A DNA stretch of 64,000 nt from Pseudomonadota bacterium (GCA_017881315.1 JADGRB010000001.1:12564-76563), one strand, 5' to 3'. Positions 1-20,757 are shown, counted from the first letter of the stretch. Made by a program: numbers and translations. The notes: generated by a model not told the origin, from the letters alone.

Positions 1-698
1 GCTACGAGATCGCCTACTACAACCTGGGCAAGGTCTTCCAGAAGCAACGGAAGTGGGACAAGGCGATCGAGTCGTTCGAGCAGGCGGTGCAGCGCAAGCC
101 CGACAACGCCAACTACCAGTACGACCTGGGTGAGGCCTACCTCGAGTCGAAGAAGATCGACGAGGCCCAGAAGGCGCTCCAGGCCGCCACGGCCGCCGAC
201 GCCAAGCTCTTCAAGGCCTGGTGGCGGCTCGGCCTGGTCTACAAGATGCTGGATCGGCCCAAGGAGGCCGACGACGCCCTTCGCCACGCCATCGAGGCCA
301 ACCCGCGCTTCTCGAAGTCGTACGTGGCCCTCGGATACCTCTATCTCGACTACGACTTCAACAAGGAGGCGGCCCAGGTCTTCCAGGGCTGCGTGACCGC
401 CAAGGACGACGACGGGGAGTGCCACAACGGCTATGGCCTGGCGCTCAAGAACCTCAAGCAATACGAGCAGGCCACGGGAGAGTTCAAGAAGGCGATCGAC
501 TACGATCCGGAGCTCTACGACGCGCTTTACAACTGCGGCATGGCCTACTCCGACTGGTACGAAGAGGCCCATGGCAACGACCAGAAGGAAAAGGCACGCG
601 AGTACCTCCAGAAGTTCGTGACCAATGGCGCCAAGACGGCCGACGGCAACTACCTCAAGGCCGCCAACGACAAGCTGTACGCGCTTTCGGGACCATAG
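1..698 (+). CDS. TPR-repeat protein, 5'-partial (reading frame continues upstream of the window)
   Basis: Translating from nt 3 gives YEIAYYNLGKVFQKQRKWDKAIESFEQAVQ, in frame with the listed ORF 87..698. The sequence has repeated 34-aa TPR-like helix pairs (AYLESKKIDEAQKALQ, AWWRLGLVYKMLDRPKEA, YVALGYLYLDYDFNKEA). GC3 is high. Confidence 0.7.
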   Translation, partial: YEIAYYNLGKVFQKQRKWDKAIESFEQAVQRKPDNANYQYDLGEAYLESKKIDEAQKALQAATAADAKLFKAWWRLGLVYKMLDRPKEADDALRHAIEANPRFSKSYVALGYLYLDYDFNKEAAQVFQGCVTAKDDDGECHNGYGLALKNLKQYEQATGEFKKAIDYDPELYDALYNCGMAYSDWYEEAHGNDQKEKAREYLQKFVTNGAKTADGNYLKAANDKLYALSGP

Positions 699-741
699 CC
701 CACCCCGAAGTCAACATCGGTGACCGGTCGGCGTCGACCGG

Positions 742-787
742 GAAAGCGACTGGGGACCCTGTGTTCCCGGTCGCTTTCATGTTTTTA
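742..787 (+). terminator. Rho-independent-type terminator after the upstream TPR gene
   Basis: Inverted repeat GAAAGCGAC (742-750) and GTCGCTTTC (770-778), followed by the T-tract ATGTTTTTA (779-787). T-runs are rare in a 70% GC background. Confidence 0.5.
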
Positions 788-886
788 GGGCGCCCGCGCG
801 TGTTATAAAAACGCTCCTGTTTTCTACTCCGTTTCGCGGACTTAGCAACGGAGACGCCGGCACCGATCCGAGTCTGGAGGAGCGTA

Positions 887-11371
<10,485 letters not shown>

Positions 11372-11413
11372 GCGGCCCGCCGGATCGGCCGGATCGGCAA
11401 AATCGGATAGTCG

Positions 11414-12991
11414 GTGATGGATTCGTCGGTCGTCGCACTAGCTGCTTCCGCCCTCGCCGCCGCCGCGGTGGGCGCCTGGCTGGGGAGACGCGTGGCGCGC
11501 CAGCGGGCGGAGGCCCTGCTGGCCGGGGTTCGGCAGGTCACGGCCGCGATGGCCCGCGCCGCGGCGGCCGAGTGTGCGGAGTTGCTGCGCGCCGGCGAGA
11601 TCAGCGGCCGCGACGAGGCGCGCGCGCGCGCGGCCGCCGCCGAGGCTGCCCGGCTGGCGCGCAGCGCGGAGCTGGAATCGCGCATCCGGCGCCTCGCCGA
11701 GCGGCAGGCGGAGCAGCGTCTCGCGGACACACACAGCGTCGAGGTGTCCGCGCGCACGGCGGCGGTGCGGGCTCGGATCGCGGTGACCGACGCCGAGGTT
11801 GCGCGCCTGCGAAGCGAGATCGCCGCCGGCGGCGTGGCGGCGCGCGCGGCGCTGGAGCGGGCCGCGGGCCAGTCGTCGCCCGCAGCGATCGACGCCATTC
11901 GCAACGACGAGATCGAGGGGGCCCGGCTCGCGGCCGCGCGTGGCGAGCGCGCCGCCGAGGAGGTGGCCGTGGCGGGCGCCGGAAAAGGCGCCAAGCGCAT
12001 CATGGGGATCGCGATGGGGCGCTTCCTCGGCCATTACCTGACCGAGCGGCTCCACTCGACCCTGCCCCTCCCGGCGGGCGAGGCGGGTGTGGCGCTGATC
12101 GGGCGCGACCAGGAGAACCTGCGCGCGATCGAGGCGGTGGCGGGGGTGACGCTGTCGCTCGCCGACCAGCACGACTCGGTTCGACTGGAGGGCCTGGACG
12201 GGGTCGGGCGCGAGGTCGCGCGTCGGGTCATCGCCCGCCTTCTGCGGCAGCCCGGCTCGGCGCGCGATCCGGCCTCGGTGACCCGGGTGGCCCAGGAGAT
12301 CTCGGCGGCGCTCGACGCGGAGCTGGTCGAGCTGGGCCGCCGCGCGTTTTCGATCCTCGAGATTCCGCGGGCTCACCCGGAGATTGTGAACCTGGTCGGC
12401 CGGCTCAATTATCGGACCAGCTTCACGCAGAACCAGTGGAAGCACGCCATCGAAGCGGCGTTCCTGTGCGGGATGATGGCGGACGAGCTGGGACTCGATC
12501 CCAAGCTCGCCCGCCGCGCGGCCCTGATGCACGACATCGGAAAGGCCCTCACCCACGAGCTCGACGGGTCGCACGCCGTGATCGGCGCCGACTATGCCCG
12601 CCGGCTGGGCGAGGCGGAGACGGTCTCCAACGCCATCGGGGCGCACCACACCGACGAGCCGTTCGCGAGCGCCTATGCCTATCTGGTCGCCGCGGGCGAC
12701 GCGCTGTCGGGTGGCCGCCCCGGGGCCCGCCGCCAGACCGACGAGAACTACCTCTCGCGCATCGACGACCTCGAGCGGATCACCCGCGGCTTTCGCGGCG
12801 TCGCCGAGGCGTTCGCCGTGCAGGGGGGCCGGGAGGTCCGGATCTATGTGCAGGAAGACCGCGTCGACGATCTCGGGGCCGTCACGCTGTCGAGCGAGAT
12901 CGCCGGCAAGATCTCGCAGGAGATGCGTTTCCCGGGTCAGATCCGGGTTACGGTCATTCGTGAGCTCAAGGCCGTCGAGGTAGCCAGCTGA
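11414..12991 (+). CDS. rny: Ribonuclease Y
   Basis: N-terminal TM helix (VVALAASALAAAAVGAWLG), a long coiled-coil, a KH domain (GIAMGRFLGHYLTERLHS...IGRDQENLRAIEAVAGVTLSL), and an HD domain (HAIEAAFLCGMMADELGLD...LMHDIGKA). At ~525 aa the length is typical for RNase Y. Confidence 0.85.
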   Translation: MMDSSVVALAASALAAAAVGAWLGRRVARQRAEALLAGVRQVTAAMARAAAAECAELLRAGEISGRDEARARAAAAEAARLARSAELESRIRRLAERQAEQRLADTHSVEVSARTAAVRARIAVTDAEVARLRSEIAAGGVAARAALERAAGQSSPAAIDAIRNDEIEGARLAAARGERAAEEVAVAGAGKGAKRIMGIAMGRFLGHYLTERLHSTLPLPAGEAGVALIGRDQENLRAIEAVAGVTLSLADQHDSVRLEGLDGVGREVARRVIARLLRQPGSARDPASVTRVAQEISAALDAELVELGRRAFSILEIPRAHPEIVNLVGRLNYRTSFTQNQWKHAIEAAFLCGMMADELGLDPKLARRAALMHDIGKALTHELDGSHAVIGADYARRLGEAETVSNAIGAHHTDEPFASAYAYLVAAGDALSGGRPGARRQTDENYLSRIDDLERITRGFRGVAEAFAVQGGREVRIYVQEDRVDDLGAVTLSSEIAGKISQEMRFPGQIRVTVIRELKAVEVAS

Positions 12992-12992
12992 G

Positions 12993-13226
12993 ATGAACAT
13001 CGTCATCCCACCGATCTTCTTCTACGTCATGGGCGCGGTCCTCGTGATCGCCGGCGCCGTGCGGGCCGCGACCCTGGGCCGTCGCAACGCCGAGCGCGAG
13101 CTCCTCGACGACACGCCCGAGCGCGCCAAGGCCCGCCGGCGCCACTTCACCTTCGGCATCGTGTGGGTCGTGATGGGCCTGTTTCTGATCGCCTCGACCG
13201 CCGGCCTCCTACACATGAGGCACTGA
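12993..13226 (+). CDS. Small two-TM membrane protein (77 aa), translationally coupled to rny
   Basis: ATG lies 1 nt after the rny TGA. It has two hydrophobic helices (IFFYVMGAVLVIAGAV and FGIVWVVMGLFLIASTAGLL) separated by a basic loop. GC3 is high. Confidence 0.5.
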   Translation: MNIVIPPIFFYVMGAVLVIAGAVRAATLGRRNAERELLDDTPERAKARRRHFTFGIVWVVMGLFLIASTAGLLHMRH

Positions 13227-13487
13227 GGGTCCCGATCTAGATCGCGTCGAGTGTGGGCGCGCTTTGCGCGTCGGAGCTCATCGCGGGGGCGGGCGCTACC
13301 AAGGATTGCCTTCTCGCGGGAGCCGCATTTGCCCATGCTGCCCGCGACATAGAGCGCCCGGAGGCCTCGGGTCCCCCGGCGTGCGCCGCCAAGACCCAAC
13401 AACCAAGAACACATGTTTGTGTAGCGCGGGTCACTTCGACCGCGCTTGCGGGTTTACGAATGGCGCCAGCACCGATATCCTTCGAAC

Positions 13488-14897
13488 ATGGCCGCGGTTC
13501 GCTTCGCTTCGCGGGTTGCTACCTGGGCGGCTCTGATCGGCGTCAGCCTGGTGCTCGCGCCGCGCTCTGCCCTCGCCGTTGGTGAGGAGGTCACCGACGT
13601 CCGGGTGCTGGACAACCAGCGCACGGAGGAGTCGACGGTACGGTCGATCGCCGGTGTCACCATCGGCGACACGCTGGAGGCCGACACGCTCGACGTCGTG
13701 CGCGAGCGGCTCAACACGACCGGGCTCTTCGCCGACGTCAACGTCTGGTGGGAGCCGAACGCCGCCGGGGTGCGGATCAACATCTCCGTCAAGGACAAGT
13801 TCCCCTGGGCGCCGCTCCCCACCGCGTCCTGGTCGGCGAACAACAAGGCGATCGGCGGCATCTTCGTGCACGGCAACCTGTTCGGCCGGGGCAAGCAGCT
13901 GGTGCTGGGCGCCCGTCTGGCCACCATCGACTCGGGCGCCACCGTCGCCTACCGCGATCCGTCGGCGTTCGGGACCTGGGTGTACTGGCAGCTCCAGGGC
14001 CTGGTGCAGCGGCAGGTGATCCCCGAATACGACAGCTACAGCGGGGGGGGAACGCTTGCCAAGCCGCTCGAGATTCGCGAGACGCGCCTGTTCTCCTACG
14101 GGTTCGAGCCGGCGGTCGGTATTGCCTGGTTTCGCCGGGTCAAGACCCAGGTCGCCTGGCACTTCGAAAAATTCGGCTACTTCAGCGGGGGATCGGACGA
14201 TCCCATGACCGGGTTGTCGCTCGTCGAGTCGACCCAGCCCGGCACCATCGGCGTCGGAAGGGCGGGCCTCTCGTTCGATTTTCGCGCGCGGGAGTTCGCG
14301 GTGCTGACCGGTCAGGCGCTCTCGGGCGCGCTCGACTACGCGGGTTCCGCCTTCGGCAGCGACTTCACTTACTGGCGCGCGGGCGCCAGCTGGGAGCAGG
14401 GAATCAAGTTCTTCCGGGCCCACAACTTCATTTACAGCCTGGGCGCGATAGCGGGCCACAACCTTCCATTTTGGAGCGAGAACACCGCCGGTGGCCCCAA
14501 CCTGCGCGGCTTCCTCAATCAGCAGTTCCGGGGCGACACCCAGCTGTGGGGCAAGGCCGAGTATCACTTCCCGCTGTTCTCGATCGGCTCGCTCGACTTC
14601 CGCGCCCTCGGATTCTACGACGTCTCCGCGATCTGGTTCCGCGAGGTACCGACGATGCCGACGTTGACGGATCCCAACAACCCCAACCTCACCTACACCC
14701 AGCGGGCCACCCCCGACGGGCGCACGTTCCCGACCTCGCTGCAATCCGGTTTCAGCTTCGGCCAGAGCGTCCATCAGGACGTCGGTGGCGGTCTGCGCTT
14801 CTTCTTGCGCTCGGTCGCGGTGCCGCTCATCGGCTTCGACGCCGGTTACGGGATCCAGGCCAACAACTGGCAGTTCATCCTGGTGATTGGGGCCTGA
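13488..14897 (+). CDS. Omp85/BamA-family outer-membrane protein with a single POTRA domain
   Basis: Signal peptide MAAVRFASRVATWAALIGVSLVLAPRSALA, then a POTRA-like segment (VRVLDNQRTEESTVRSIAGVTIGDTL) and a beta-barrel region ending in an aromatic-rich C-terminus (NWQFILVIGA). The start was moved from 13446 to the ATG at 13488. Confidence 0.7.
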   Translation: MAAVRFASRVATWAALIGVSLVLAPRSALAVGEEVTDVRVLDNQRTEESTVRSIAGVTIGDTLEADTLDVVRERLNTTGLFADVNVWWEPNAAGVRINISVKDKFPWAPLPTASWSANNKAIGGIFVHGNLFGRGKQLVLGARLATIDSGATVAYRDPSAFGTWVYWQLQGLVQRQVIPEYDSYSGGGTLAKPLEIRETRLFSYGFEPAVGIAWFRRVKTQVAWHFEKFGYFSGGSDDPMTGLSLVESTQPGTIGVGRAGLSFDFRAREFAVLTGQALSGALDYAGSAFGSDFTYWRAGASWEQGIKFFRAHNFIYSLGAIAGHNLPFWSENTAGGPNLRGFLNQQFRGDTQLWGKAEYHFPLFSIGSLDFRALGFYDVSAIWFREVPTMPTLTDPNNPNLTYTQRATPDGRTFPTSLQSGFSFGQSVHQDVGGGLRFFLRSVAVPLIGFDAGYGIQANNWQFILVIGA

Positions 14898-14987
14898 TCC
14901 CTGGGATCTTCCAGGCCAGAAGCAAACCGACCCGCTCTTCGTGTGTGAGCAGGATAGAATCCTCGCCCGTTCATCCCGCTACGGCGC

Positions 14988-16133
14988 ATGCGACGTACGA
15001 AAATATTCTATTTCATTCCCAGTCTCCAACAGGGCGGGACCGAAGGGCAGATTCTGCAGCTCATCCAGGATCTCCCCGAGCGGTTCGAGCCGGTGCTTTG
15101 TGTTTACAACGCCGACGAGATCTTCTTCGACGCGCGCTGCCCGCCGGGACAACCCGCGCACACGCTGGGCGTTCGGCGGATGGGTCCGGCGGCGCTCGCT
15201 CGGTTGACCGAGATTCTCCGTCGCGAAAAGCCCGACATCGTCCATTCCTATCGGGACAAGGCCAACTTCTGGGCGCGGCTGGCCGCCACGCGAGCCAGGG
15301 TACCGATCACCATCACCGCCTGTCGCAACCGGATGATGGAGCTCCGATACCTGGTGACCGAATGGGTGATGTCGCGATTCAGTCGGCTGATCCTGGTCAA
15401 CTCGATCGGTGTGAAACGCGAGCTCACGCGCTACGGACGGGTTCCGCCCGACAAGATCCGCGTGATTTATAATTTGCTCGACACCCAGCATTTCCGTCCC
15501 CCGACCGCCGCCGAGAGGACCGAAGCGCGCGCGCGCTGGAACCTCACGACGGGCCAGCGCGCGCTGATCGTTCCGGGCCGGATCGGCCTGCAGAAGCACC
15601 AGGTGGGGATTCTCTGGGCGATGAGGCGGCTGGTGCGCGCCGGTCAATGGCCGGCGGACGCGGTGGTACTCTTCGCCGGCCGCAAACGGGATCGACTGAC
15701 CAGCGCGCTGGTCGATCGACTGGCCCGCGATCCCCAACTGGCGGAGCACGTCCGTTTCCTCGGCGCGGTCAAAGACGTGCGGTCGCTTTACTGGGCGTCG
15801 GATCTGCTGCTGATGCCGTCGCTCTTCGAGGGCTTGGCCAACGCCGCGCTCGAGGGGGGAGCCTGCGGTCTTCCCGCGATCCTTTCCCACGCCGCCAACG
15901 TTGATCAGATCGTCGAGCCCGGCGTGACCGGATGGGAGGTATCGACGGTGCGGCTCGGTTCGCTGGTTCGGGCGCTCGAGCAAGCGCTCTCGACCCCAAC
16001 AGACCTTCTGGAGGAGATGGGGCGCCGCAGCCTCGCGCATGTCGTGGCACGCTTCGCGCCGCGTGAGCACCGCGTCCTCGATCAGATGGTTGCGATCTAC
16101 GACGAGCTGCTCGCTCGGCCGGCGTCCCCCTGA
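14988..16133 (+). CDS. Glycosyltransferase family 4 (GT-B, group 1)
   Basis: N-terminus MRRTKIFYFIPSLQQGGTEGQ (the GT4 G-rich loop). C-terminal EX7E-type region (LMPSLFEGLANAALEGGACGLPAI). AT-rich initiation codons. Confidence 0.8.
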   Translation: MRRTKIFYFIPSLQQGGTEGQILQLIQDLPERFEPVLCVYNADEIFFDARCPPGQPAHTLGVRRMGPAALARLTEILRREKPDIVHSYRDKANFWARLAATRARVPITITACRNRMMELRYLVTEWVMSRFSRLILVNSIGVKRELTRYGRVPPDKIRVIYNLLDTQHFRPPTAAERTEARARWNLTTGQRALIVPGRIGLQKHQVGILWAMRRLVRAGQWPADAVVLFAGRKRDRLTSALVDRLARDPQLAEHVRFLGAVKDVRSLYWASDLLLMPSLFEGLANAALEGGACGLPAILSHAANVDQIVEPGVTGWEVSTVRLGSLVRALEQALSTPTDLLEEMGRRSLAHVVARFAPREHRVLDQMVAIYDELLARPASP

Positions 16134-16388
16134 ACCGGGCCGGTGTGGAAAAACCAACAACGGGCTGTCAGAAATCAAACAGATCGCCGGGGGTCACCCA
16201 TGAAAGCGGTTAAATTTCGCTAGCTTAGATGGCAAGGACGGTCTGGTACTCCGCTTGCTCGGTTGGGGAAGACCATGCCAGGCCTCGTTTCAGCCGCTGT
16301 CTCTCCGTCGCTGGTCGGTTCGTCCTCGTCGTCGGGCGCCGCTCTGCGGCTTCCCGCCGGGGTGGCCCGGCGTTCTTCGCTCTCCCGG

Positions 16389-17024
16389 ATGCCGTTGCCG
16401 CGCGTGCTGCTCTGCGATCTGGACGGGACGCTGATCGACAGCATGCCGACGCTGGCCGAGGTCGCCGCCGAGGTGATGGAGGAGGTCTATGAGACACCCG
16501 GGGTTCTCGCGCGGGAGCTCTACCTTGCGACCTGCGGGCTGCCGTTCGCCGGCCAGCTGGAAGAGATCTACCCCGGCGATCCGCGCAATCGGCTGGCCTC
16601 CGACCTGTTCGAAGGACGCAAGCCGGCCCGCTGCGGCGCCATCCAGATGGCGAGCGAGACGCGCCGGGCGCTGGAGAGCCTGCGGCGTGCCGGTGTGCGC
16701 GTGGTCGTCTCCTCGAACAACGGCAGCCAGAACGTCGACGCGTTCGCGCGCGGCTCGGTCTTCGGGTTCGATCTGGTGCTCGGTTTCGGAGGCGCGCTCG
16801 CCAAGGGAAAGCCGCACTTCGATGCCACCTCGCGCATGTTCGAGGTGGATCGGCAGGAGATGTTGTTCGTGGGCGATTCGCTCCACGACGGCGAGATCGC
16901 CGAGCGCGAAGGGGTCCCGTTCGTGGCCGTCGCCACCACCTTCTCCCCCGAGCGCTTCATGCTCCGCTTCCCGCACGCTCCGGTGATTCGGCGCTTCGCC
17001 GCCCTTCCGGAGCTGTTTCAGTAG
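16389..17024 (+). CDS. HAD-superfamily hydrolase (phosphatase-like)
   Basis: Motif I LLCDLDGTLIDS, with downstream VVVSSNNG and FVGDSLHDGE motifs. Start placed at ATG 16389 (MPLPRVLL). The upstream in-frame extension from 16263 is Ser-rich and unlikely to be coding. Confidence 0.7.
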   Translation: MPLPRVLLCDLDGTLIDSMPTLAEVAAEVMEEVYETPGVLARELYLATCGLPFAGQLEEIYPGDPRNRLASDLFEGRKPARCGAIQMASETRRALESLRRAGVRVVVSSNNGSQNVDAFARGSVFGFDLVLGFGGALAKGKPHFDATSRMFEVDRQEMLFVGDSLHDGEIAEREGVPFVAVATTFSPERFMLRFPHAPVIRRFAALPELFQ

Positions 17025-17033
17025 GGGGACTTC

Positions 17034-17747
17034 GTGCAGGCGGTGCTGCTGGCAGCGGGACTCGGCAGCCGCTTGGGTGAGCTGACGGCCGCGCTGCCCA
17101 AGGCGCTGATCTCGGTCGGTGGCGAGCCGCTGCTGGCCCACGCGGTCCGCTTCGCGCAGGCCGCCCTCGCCCGCAGCATCATCGTGGTCGGCGGCTACGA
17201 GTTCGATCGGGTGGCCGCCGTGGTGGCCGAGCGCGATCTGCCGGTGGTTCTGCTGGAGAACGCCGCCTTTCGCGACGGGAACCTGGTTTCGCTTCTGAGC
17301 GCCAGCTCGCGGGTGACCGAGGACTTTCTGGTCATGAACATCGATCACATCTACCGGCCAGCCATCGCGGCGCTGGTGGCCGCGGAGGTCGAGGAGGTGA
17401 CCGCCTTCATCGACACGGATCGAACGCTCGGCAGCGACGACATGAAGGTCGCGCGCGATGGGCGCGGGCGGGTGTCGCGCATCGCCAAGACGCTGACCGA
17501 ATTCGACGCCGGCTACGTCGGTATGACCCGGGTGCCGGCGCACGCCGCCGCGCGCTACTGGGAGGCGGCGGACGCCGTTCTGGCCGAGCAGGGGAGGGCC
17601 GTTCACGTCGAGCAAGTGCTGGCGCGCCTGGCGAGATCGGAGCGGCCGCCGCTCTGCCGGGACGTGAGCGGCCACGGCTGGCTGGAGGTCGATCTCCCCG
17701 AGGAGCGCGATCGCGCTGAAGCAACGCTCCGCGAAGGCGGTTGGTAG
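17034..17747 (+). CDS. Small sugar/alcohol-phosphate nucleotidyltransferase (LicC/IPCT-like NTP-transferase fold)
   Basis: Intact signature AVLLAAGLGSRLG...PKALISVGGEPLL (GxGxRL plus a lysine loop). About 237 aa with no other domain. Confidence 0.75.
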   Translation: MQAVLLAAGLGSRLGELTAALPKALISVGGEPLLAHAVRFAQAALARSIIVVGGYEFDRVAAVVAERDLPVVLLENAAFRDGNLVSLLSASSRVTEDFLVMNIDHIYRPAIAALVAAEVEEVTAFIDTDRTLGSDDMKVARDGRGRVSRIAKTLTEFDAGYVGMTRVPAHAAARYWEAADAVLAEQGRAVHVEQVLARLARSERPPLCRDVSGHGWLEVDLPEERDRAEATLREGGW

Positions 17748-19717
17748 TGTGCGGCATCGCCGGCGCGCTGGCGCTGAGGCAGGACGCGCCGCCGCCAGCG
17801 GGGGCTGCCGAGCGCTTCGCGGCGGCGATGGTTCACCGGGGCCCCGACGGGCACGGGTTCTTCCAGCGTGGCCCGATCGCGCTGGCGCACCGGCGTCTGG
17901 CCATCATCGATCTGTCGGAGGCGGGCCGGCAGCCGATGACCAACGAGGACGGGCAGATCGCGATCGTCGTCAACGGCGAGATCTACAACCACGCCGAGCT
18001 GCGCGCCGAGCTGGTCGGCAAGGGGCACCGGTTTCGCAGCGGCAGCGACTCCGAAGTGGTGGCGCATCTTTACGAAGAGGTGGGCGCGCGGGTGCCCGAG
18101 CTGCTGCGCGGCATGTTCGCCTTCGCGCTTTGGGACGCGCGCACGGCCACCTTGCTGTTGGCCCGCGACCGATTCGGTGAAAAGCCGCTCTTCTACGGCG
18201 AGCGTCCGGATGGTTTCGTGTTCGCCTCCGAGCTGGGGGCGCTGCTGGCCGACGAGCGCACGCCGGCGACGCTTTCGCTCCCAGCCCTCGACGCCTACCT
18301 CGCGCTCCAGTACGTGCCCAGTCCCGACACCATCTACGAAGGCCTCAAGAAGTTGCCGGCGGGGCACACCCTCGAGCTCCGCTGCGGCGGCCGGCCGTTG
18401 GTCCGCCGCTATTACCGCCCCAGCTTCGAGCCGACGCTGGCGCGCCTCGACGAGCGGGAGGCGGCGGCGCGGGTGCGGCAGACGGTCGAGAAGGCGGTTT
18501 CCGACCGGCTCATGTCGGACGTGCCGCTGGGGGCTTTCCTATCGGGCGGCATCGATTCGTCGATCGTCGTGGCCTGTATGGCGCGCGCGCTCGGCGCGCC
18601 CGTGAAGACCTTCTCGGTGGGGTTCTCGGAGGGCGGGCGCGCCGACAACGAGCTGCCCTTCGCGCGTCTGGTGGCGGAGCGCTATCGGACCGACCACCAC
18701 GAGCTGATCGTCGAGCCCGACATGATCGGCCTCCTGCCCGACATCGTTCGCCACCACGGCGAGCCCTTCGGCGACACCTCGGCGGTGCCCACCCGCTACC
18801 TCTGTGGGCTGGCGCGACAGCACGTGACGGTGGCGCTCTCGGGCGACGCCGCCGACGAAGCCTTCGGCGGCTACCGGCGCTACGTCTGGGCCCACGTCGC
18901 CGATCTGCTGCTGCGTCTGCCGGGCCCCGTCCGGGGCCTGGCCGCGCGGGCGCTGGGCGCCGTGCCCGGCGGTCCGGCTCGCTGGCTGCGCGAGTACGGT
19001 GCGCGGTTCTCCGCCGACGAGGCGACCCGCTACCTACGCTTCGTCTGTCACTTCTCGGCCGAGGAGAAGGCGGAGATCTATTCGCCGGAGCTCCGGCAGC
19101 GGTTCGCGCGCGACGCGACGGCGGAGGCATTCGCGGCGCGCCTGCAGCGAAGCGGCGCCCCCGACGTGGTGGGGCGCCTGCAAGAGCTGGACTGCGACAC
19201 CTACCTGCCCGACGACATCCTCGCCAAGGTCGACATCGCCAGCATGAGCCACGGCCTCGAGGCGCGCGCCCCCTTTTGCGATCACGACGTGGTCGCGCTG
19301 GGCGCCTCGTTGCCGGGGCGCCTCAAGCTTCGGCGCGGCAAGGGGAAGTACATTCTCAAGCAGGCCTTCGCCGATCTGGTGCCACCCGAGATCCTCGCCC
19401 GTCGCAAGAAGGGGTTCGCGCTGCCCATCGGACGCTGGCTGGCGGGCCGCCTCCACGGGTTCGCCCGCGAGCTGCTGCTGTCGTCGGAGGCCCGGCAGCG
19501 GGGGCTCTTCGTGCCGGCCGCGGTGGAGACGCTGCTCGACCGCCACCGCGCCGGCGAAGACCACGGCGAGCGGATCTGGAACCTGATGGTGCTCGAGACC
19601 TGGTTCCGACAGATGATCGACGGCCGCGCCGCGTTCGTCCGCGAGATCGCCGTTCGCGCCGAGGCCATCGCGCGCGACGGGGCCGCGCCGATGGCGAAGA
19701 GGAGCGCCGCTTCATGA
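17747..19717 (+). CDS. asnB: Asparagine synthetase (glutamine-hydrolysing) family amidotransferase
   Basis: A class-II glutamine amidotransferase N-terminus needs Cys2. GTG at 17747 gives MCGIAG, whereas the track start TTG at 17741 gives MVVCGIAG. PP-loop motif SGGIDSS. The start overlaps the upstream TAG by 1 nt. Confidence 0.85.
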   Translation: MCGIAGALALRQDAPPPAGAAERFAAAMVHRGPDGHGFFQRGPIALAHRRLAIIDLSEAGRQPMTNEDGQIAIVVNGEIYNHAELRAELVGKGHRFRSGSDSEVVAHLYEEVGARVPELLRGMFAFALWDARTATLLLARDRFGEKPLFYGERPDGFVFASELGALLADERTPATLSLPALDAYLALQYVPSPDTIYEGLKKLPAGHTLELRCGGRPLVRRYYRPSFEPTLARLDEREAAARVRQTVEKAVSDRLMSDVPLGAFLSGGIDSSIVVACMARALGAPVKTFSVGFSEGGRADNELPFARLVAERYRTDHHELIVEPDMIGLLPDIVRHHGEPFGDTSAVPTRYLCGLARQHVTVALSGDAADEAFGGYRRYVWAHVADLLLRLPGPVRGLAARALGAVPGGPARWLREYGARFSADEATRYLRFVCHFSAEEKAEIYSPELRQRFARDATAEAFAARLQRSGAPDVVGRLQELDCDTYLPDDILAKVDIASMSHGLEARAPFCDHDVVALGASLPGRLKLRRGKGKYILKQAFADLVPPEILARRKKGFALPIGRWLAGRLHGFARELLLSSEARQRGLFVPAAVETLLDRHRAGEDHGERIWNLMVLETWFRQMIDGRAAFVREIAVRAEAIARDGAAPMAKRSAAS

Positions 19718-19747
19718 TGCGAATCTTGCATCGTCTGATCGGACGGG

Positions 19748-20680
19748 GTGACGCCCCGTGAGTCCCCACCCAATTGCGGCGCGATGTCGTTGTCGCTATC
19801 GTACGCGCCCAGGAGCCATCTCATGAGCACGGCCCCACAAATACAGCCGATGCAGCAGGCTGAATCGGAGAAGCGGTTCGCATTCGGCAGGAACTGGCAC
19901 CGGTACCTCCGCGGCCTCGACGAGGCGGCGATCGCCGAAGCCGAGCAGTCTCTCCGGAACTGGCTGGGCGATCTTTCGGGCCTTCGATTTCTCGACATTG
20001 GTTGCGGCAGCGGCCTGTTCAGCCTGGCCGCGCGGCGGTTGGGGGCGATCGTCCACTCGTTCGACTTCGATGCGAACTCCGTCGGTTGTGCCGAGGAGCT
20101 GCGGGCCCGCCACTTTCCCGGCGACCCGAACTGGACGATTCAGCAGGGCTCGATCCTCGACCGAGCTTTCGTGGACAGCCTCGGCCAGTTCGATTTGGTC
20201 TACTCGTGGGGGGTCTTGCACCACACCGGGGATCTGAACACCGCGCTCGATCACGCGGCGCGTGCCGTGGCGCCGGGCGGTCGGTTCTGGATCGCCATCT
20301 ACAACGATCTCGGTCAACTGACGAACGCCTGGACCGCGATCAAGCGCGCCTACGTCGCCAACGCGCTCAGCCGGAGCCTGGTGGTCGGAGTCTTCGTGCC
20401 GATGTTCTTCCTGGGCAATCTGCTGGTCGACCTGGTTCGTCTGCGCAGCCCTCTGACACGCTACCGCGAGTACCGAAAGTCCCACCGGGGGATGTCGCGC
20501 GTGGTGGACTGGTTCGACTGGCTGGGGGGCTATCCCTATCAGCCGGCGCGGGCCGAATCGATCTTCGATTTCTTCCAGCAGCGTGGATTCACGCTCCTCA
20601 AGCTGCGCACGGTGAAGGACTGGGGTAACAACCAGTTCGTCTTCCGCCGCGACGGTTCGGTCGCCGCGGTTCCAGGCTGA
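19748..20680 (+). CDS. Class I SAM-dependent methyltransferase
   Basis: Motif I FLDIGCGSGLFSL and post-I DFD. An alternative start is ATG 19823 (MSTAPQ). The antisense 582-aa ORF 19796..21544 is R/G junk. Confidence 0.7.
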   Translation: MTPRESPPNCGAMSLSLSYAPRSHLMSTAPQIQPMQQAESEKRFAFGRNWHRYLRGLDEAAIAEAEQSLRNWLGDLSGLRFLDIGCGSGLFSLAARRLGAIVHSFDFDANSVGCAEELRARHFPGDPNWTIQQGSILDRAFVDSLGQFDLVYSWGVLHHTGDLNTALDHAARAVAPGGRFWIAIYNDLGQLTNAWTAIKRAYVANALSRSLVVGVFVPMFFLGNLLVDLVRLRSPLTRYREYRKSHRGMSRVVDWFDWLGGYPYQPARAESIFDFFQQRGFTLLKLRTVKDWGNNQFVFRRDGSVAAVPG

Positions 20681-20757
20681 CCTCGCAGGGTGAAGCGCGG
20701 CGCCGCCGCGGGTCGCCGTCTCCAGGCTAACGCGCGGCCGCGCCGCGAGTCGTCTTC

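Noticed and set aside
11438-13006. 522-aa minus-strand ORF
   Set aside because: It is antisense to rny, whose plus-strand product has clear KH and HD domains.
16133-16388. Possible small ORF or sRNA in the 256-bp gap before the HAD gene
   Set aside because: The in-frame extension from 16263 is Ser-rich and lacks an RBS. There is no convincing hairpin or terminator pair, so it is more likely an ordinary promoter region.
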